From an uncultured Bacilli bacterium (GTDB taxonomy: Bacteria; Bacillota_I; Bacilli_A; RF39; UBA660), in contig CAKOYD010000001.1 in NCBI GenBank assembly GCA_934130545.1, forward strand, positions 138,343-202,342: a stretch of 64,000 nt of DNA, written 5' to 3'. The notes below the pieces were generated by a model. It made no database searches. It saw only the letters and a program-made list of their open reading frames with translations, and was not told where the DNA came from. The number at the start of each line of letters is the position of its first letter. Position 1 is the first letter of the stretch. The position numbers and the translations under genes are program-made. Positions 60,926 to 64,000 of this stretch are shown here, piece by piece.

Positions 60926-63900
60926 TTATACTGCAATAGGTACTAATTTTTCATCAATAATTGAATATAGATAAGTACTTACTGGTTTATTTAGTTTACT
61001 GCTTATATATTCTTTATATACTTTTAATTGTTCTAAATAAGCTTTATCAGTAGTATTTTTTAATTTATAATCTATTATTTTTATTTTATCATCATACTCT
61101 AGTAATAGGTCAATAATACCATGATATTCTTTATTATCTTTAGTATATATAAATTCATATTCTTTATACACTTGGGCTTCTTTTATATCACCAACTGCTG
61201 AGATAAATTTATTTATTTTATCTAGGTAAAATGGTTCAATATCTAATATTGGGTTATTAAAGTCGACAGTTTCAAATATATAGTGCATATAAGTACCATA
61301 TTCCATGTTTTTAGCTTCTTCTTTACTTATTAGTTTATTACTTATTTTAGAGGCTCTTTGTTTTTGTTCTTCAACTTGGTCAATAGATATTTCTTTAGTA
61401 TTAATAATAGTATTATCTTGTTCTATTTTATCTTGATAATTATTACTTAGAACAATGTTATAGTCTTTAGATAGATTTATATCATCTAAGTTAATAGATT
61501 TTATATAATTTGGTATTTTTGTTTTTATTGAATTAATAATATCTAAGAAAGATTTGTATTTACTTCTAATAGAGGTATCTACAATATCTTCAACAATATT
61601 CTTTTCTTCATCAAGAGAGCATACCATAATCATTTTTTCTTTACATCTTGTCAAGGCAACATAAAATAGTCTAATACGTTCAGATATATCTTCTTGTTTA
61701 TATTTATCTTTAAATAAATCTTTTAGAATAGTACTGCCTATTCCTTCGTTATAATATGGAGTAATAATTCCTAGAGAACTATCATATATAAATCTATCTT
61801 TAGTGTCTTCTTTATTAAACTCTTTGTGAAAACCACTGAAATAACAAATGTTAAATTCTAGACCTTTAGATTTATGAATATTCATTATCTTTACGTTATT
61901 ACCACTCTTAGTATTTAGAGAATATCTTATTTCATTATTACCATTAGTCATTTCTTTTAGATATTCACCGAATAGATATGGGTTATAGCCTAAGTTATCT
62001 AAGTTCATAGCAATATTTTGTAAGTTTTGAATACGATACATACTTCTTTCAATGTCTCCTACTAAAATCGTTTTTTCGTAGATATTAAACTTATCAATTA
62101 TGCTATTTAGTAGTTCTATATTGGTTAATTCTTCTAAATTATCAGATATTTCTTTACTTAATTTAAAGATTTCTGTATGGTAGAATTCTTTATTAGTAAA
62201 TGTTTTAAATATTTCACCATCTGAACAACCAAAAAGATAACTTCTAGCGATTGATGTGTAATAATATTTAAATTCTGTATCATATTTCTTTTCTTTTATT
62301 TTTAAGATAAAGTTTATAATATTTTTTATTAATATAATATCTGTTTCAGTGGTTAGTTTTTCATCTTGATATATAGATAGTGGAATATGTAGGTATTCAA
62401 ATATCTTTTTATATAATGGGAATGATGATCCTCTATCCATGATAATACAGATATCTGAATAAGTAATATCTTTTACTTCTAAGGTGTCTTTATCAAATAT
62501 TTGGTAGTGGTTATCTACTTTATTTTTTATATCATTAGCAATAATAAAAGCTTCAACTTCTTCTTTAGAATATGTTTTATCTTCTAAGTGATAGTTATAT
62601 ATTTCTAGATTATTATTTTGATTAGTTAGGCCTTGTTCGTTATATGTAGTATTACCAAATACCATTTGATGAGATTCACTATATTGTGCTCCTCCTAGAG
62701 TATTATCCATAATTAGATTAAATATTTCATTAATATTATTTAAGACTTCACTTCTTGACCGGAAGTTTTTAAGTAAGTCTATTTTTAATCCGCCATCAGC
62801 GTTTGCATATTTATCATATTTATTTTTAAATATTGTTGGGTTGGCATTTCTAAAACGATAGATAGATTGTTTGATATCTCCAACCATATATACGTTATGG
62901 TTTTCTATTAAGTTAATAAAGGCTTCTTGTAAATCACTAGTATCTTGATATTCATCAACTAATATTTCATTATAATAGTTTTGTAATTCTTTTCTTATTT
63001 CTTCATTATCTTTAACTATTTTAATGGCAAATAAAGCAATATCAGTAAATTCGTAAGCATTATTATTTCTTTTAAATTCCATTATTTGACTATCATATTC
63101 TTTAATAATTTTAATAATAATTCTTATATAGTTTTCTGTCTGCTTTAAAGATTCTTCAATTTCTTTTTCACTAGAGAATCGGCATAAGGTTTCAAACTCT
63201 TTTAGTATTTTTGATATTTCATCTTTTAATTTCTTAATATCATCTTCACTATCTTTAGGTATTCTTGGTAAACTTACTAAAGCAAAATTATTGGCTATTT
63301 CATCATAACTACTACTTTTTAGTAGAGGTTCTAAAGCGATAGACATATTTTCATAGAAGGTACTATCGGATGAATAGCTTAATCGATATAGAACATTTTC
63401 TAGTTCAAGTAATTTATTCTGTAGTAGTTCGTTATATTGTTTTAGATACTTAGGAATATCCAATTTATAATTATCAAGATATTCATCTTTATCTAGACGT
63501 AAATTTAGAGAATTGTTAATTTTCTTCATTGCATTTTTAATTTCTTTATCATCTTTAGTGCAAAAATTATTAATTAGATTTGTGAAATCATTATCTTGTT
63601 TTTGATATAGAGATTCAAAAATACTATCTAGTATGGTGTCTTTTTGAAGTTCTAGTAAACCATTATCAATAATGGTAATATTTTTAGGAATATTTAAGAG
63701 ATAATGATATTTTTTAACAATAGAGCCGGCATAACTGTCAAATGTTGTAATATATGAAGCATCAAGATAGTCTAGTTGTTTTTTTAGGGATGGTTCTTGT
63801 TTAATTTTCTTTCTAATTCTATTTTTCATCTCACCGGCAGCTTCATTAGTAAATGTTAGTACTAATAGTCTGTTAATATCAATTCCTTGTTTTAATTTTC

Positions 63901-64000
63901 TTAATACCCTTTCAGATAGAACGGCCGTCTTACCTGAACCAGCTCCGGCTGATACAATAATATTTTGCCCTTCTTCGTTTATAGCTTGTAATTGTTCTTT
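60926..64000 (-). CDS. addA: AddA/RexA-like helicase-nuclease (UvrD helicase + C-terminal RecB-family PD-(D/E)xK nuclease); N-terminus beyond window end
   Basis: Open minus-strand frame to the window edge, with Walker A SAGAGSGKT at 63.9 kb, DEYQDT, and a C-terminal GIIDLL...DYK nuclease motif. The track ORF starts at an internal Met. Confidence 0.75.
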   Translation of the reverse strand, partial: KEQLQAINEEGQNIIVSAGAGSGKTAVLSERVLRKLKQGIDINRLLVLTFTNEAAGEMKNRIRKKIKQEPSLKKQLDYLDASYITTFDSYAGSIVKKYHYLLNIPKNITIIDNGLLELQKDTILDSIFESLYQKQDNDFTNLINNFCTKDDKEIKNAMKKINNSLNLRLDKDEYLDNYKLDIPKYLKQYNELLQNKLLELENVLYRLSYSSDSTFYENMSIALEPLLKSSSYDEIANNFALVSLPRIPKDSEDDIKKLKDEISKILKEFETLCRFSSEKEIEESLKQTENYIRIIIKIIKEYDSQIMEFKRNNNAYEFTDIALFAIKIVKDNEEIRKELQNYYNEILVDEYQDTSDLQEAFINLIENHNVYMVGDIKQSIYRFRNANPTIFKNKYDKYANADGGLKIDLLKNFRSRSEVLNNINEIFNLIMDNTLGGAQYSESHQMVFGNTTYNEQGLTNQNNNLEIYNYHLEDKTYSKEEVEAFIIANDIKNKVDNHYQIFDKDTLEVKDITYSDICIIMDRGSSFPLYKKIFEYLHIPLSIYQDEKLTTETDIILIKNIINFILKIKEKKYDTEFKYYYTSIARSYLFGCSDGEIFKTFTNKEFYHTEIFKLSKEISDNLEELTNIELLNSIIDKFNIYEKTILVGDIERSMYRIQNLQNIAMNLDNLGYNPYLFGEYLKEMTNGNNEIRYSLNTKSGNNVKIMNIHKSKGLEFNICYFSGFHKEFNKEDTKDRFIYDSSLGIITPYYNEGIGSTILKDLFKDKYKQEDISERIRLFYVALTRCKEKMIMVCSLDEEKNIVEDIVDTSIRSKYKSFLDIINSIKTKIPNYIKSINLDDINLSKDYNIVLSNNYQDKIEQDNTIINTKEISIDQVEEQKQRASKISNKLISKEEAKNMEYGTYMHYIFETVDFNNPILDIEPFYLDKINKFISAVGDIKEAQVYKEYEFIYTKDNKEYHGIIDLLLEYDDKIKIIDYKLKNTTDKAYLEQLKVYKEYISSKLNKPVSTYLYSIIDEKLVPIAV

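Overview
AT-rich, standard-genetic-code segment, most consistent with a low-GC Gram-positive (Firmicutes-type) chromosome. Conserved backbone, almost all on the minus strand: clpC (partial), rpe-rsgA-pknB-stp-rlmN, a VanY-like carboxypeptidase, pcrA, an NMT1/SsuA-SsuB-SsuC-type ABC importer operon, an RnfC-like module, trpS, ftsW-mraY-pbp2B, a sorted surface protein, an amidase_3/LysM hydrolase, hisS, tRNA-Met, ligA and a partial addA. The window is dominated by four integrative elements, each carrying its own large serine recombinase (LSR) and each sitting precisely inside a coding sequence. Elements A (~2.5 kb) and B (~4.2 kb) are inside the SBP gene, C (~6.3 kb) inside the ABC ATPase gene, and D (~10.7 kb) inside the amidase gene. 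For all four, deleting the element at a short shared core rejoins the flanking gene fragments in frame. A, C and D show clear imperfect inverted-repeat arms at their ends. Cargo is: A, XRE repressor plus operator; B, LytTR response regulator plus AgrC-like kinase plus CspA; C, TetR plus a very large MMPL-YhgE/Pip fusion transporter; D, a defense island with Dcm plus a putative REase plus ASCH, a metallophosphoesterase with Zn-ribbon, and a Hachiman-like DUF1837-like PD-(D/E)xK protein plus SF2 helicase. No CRISPR, rRNA or phage structural genes were seen.
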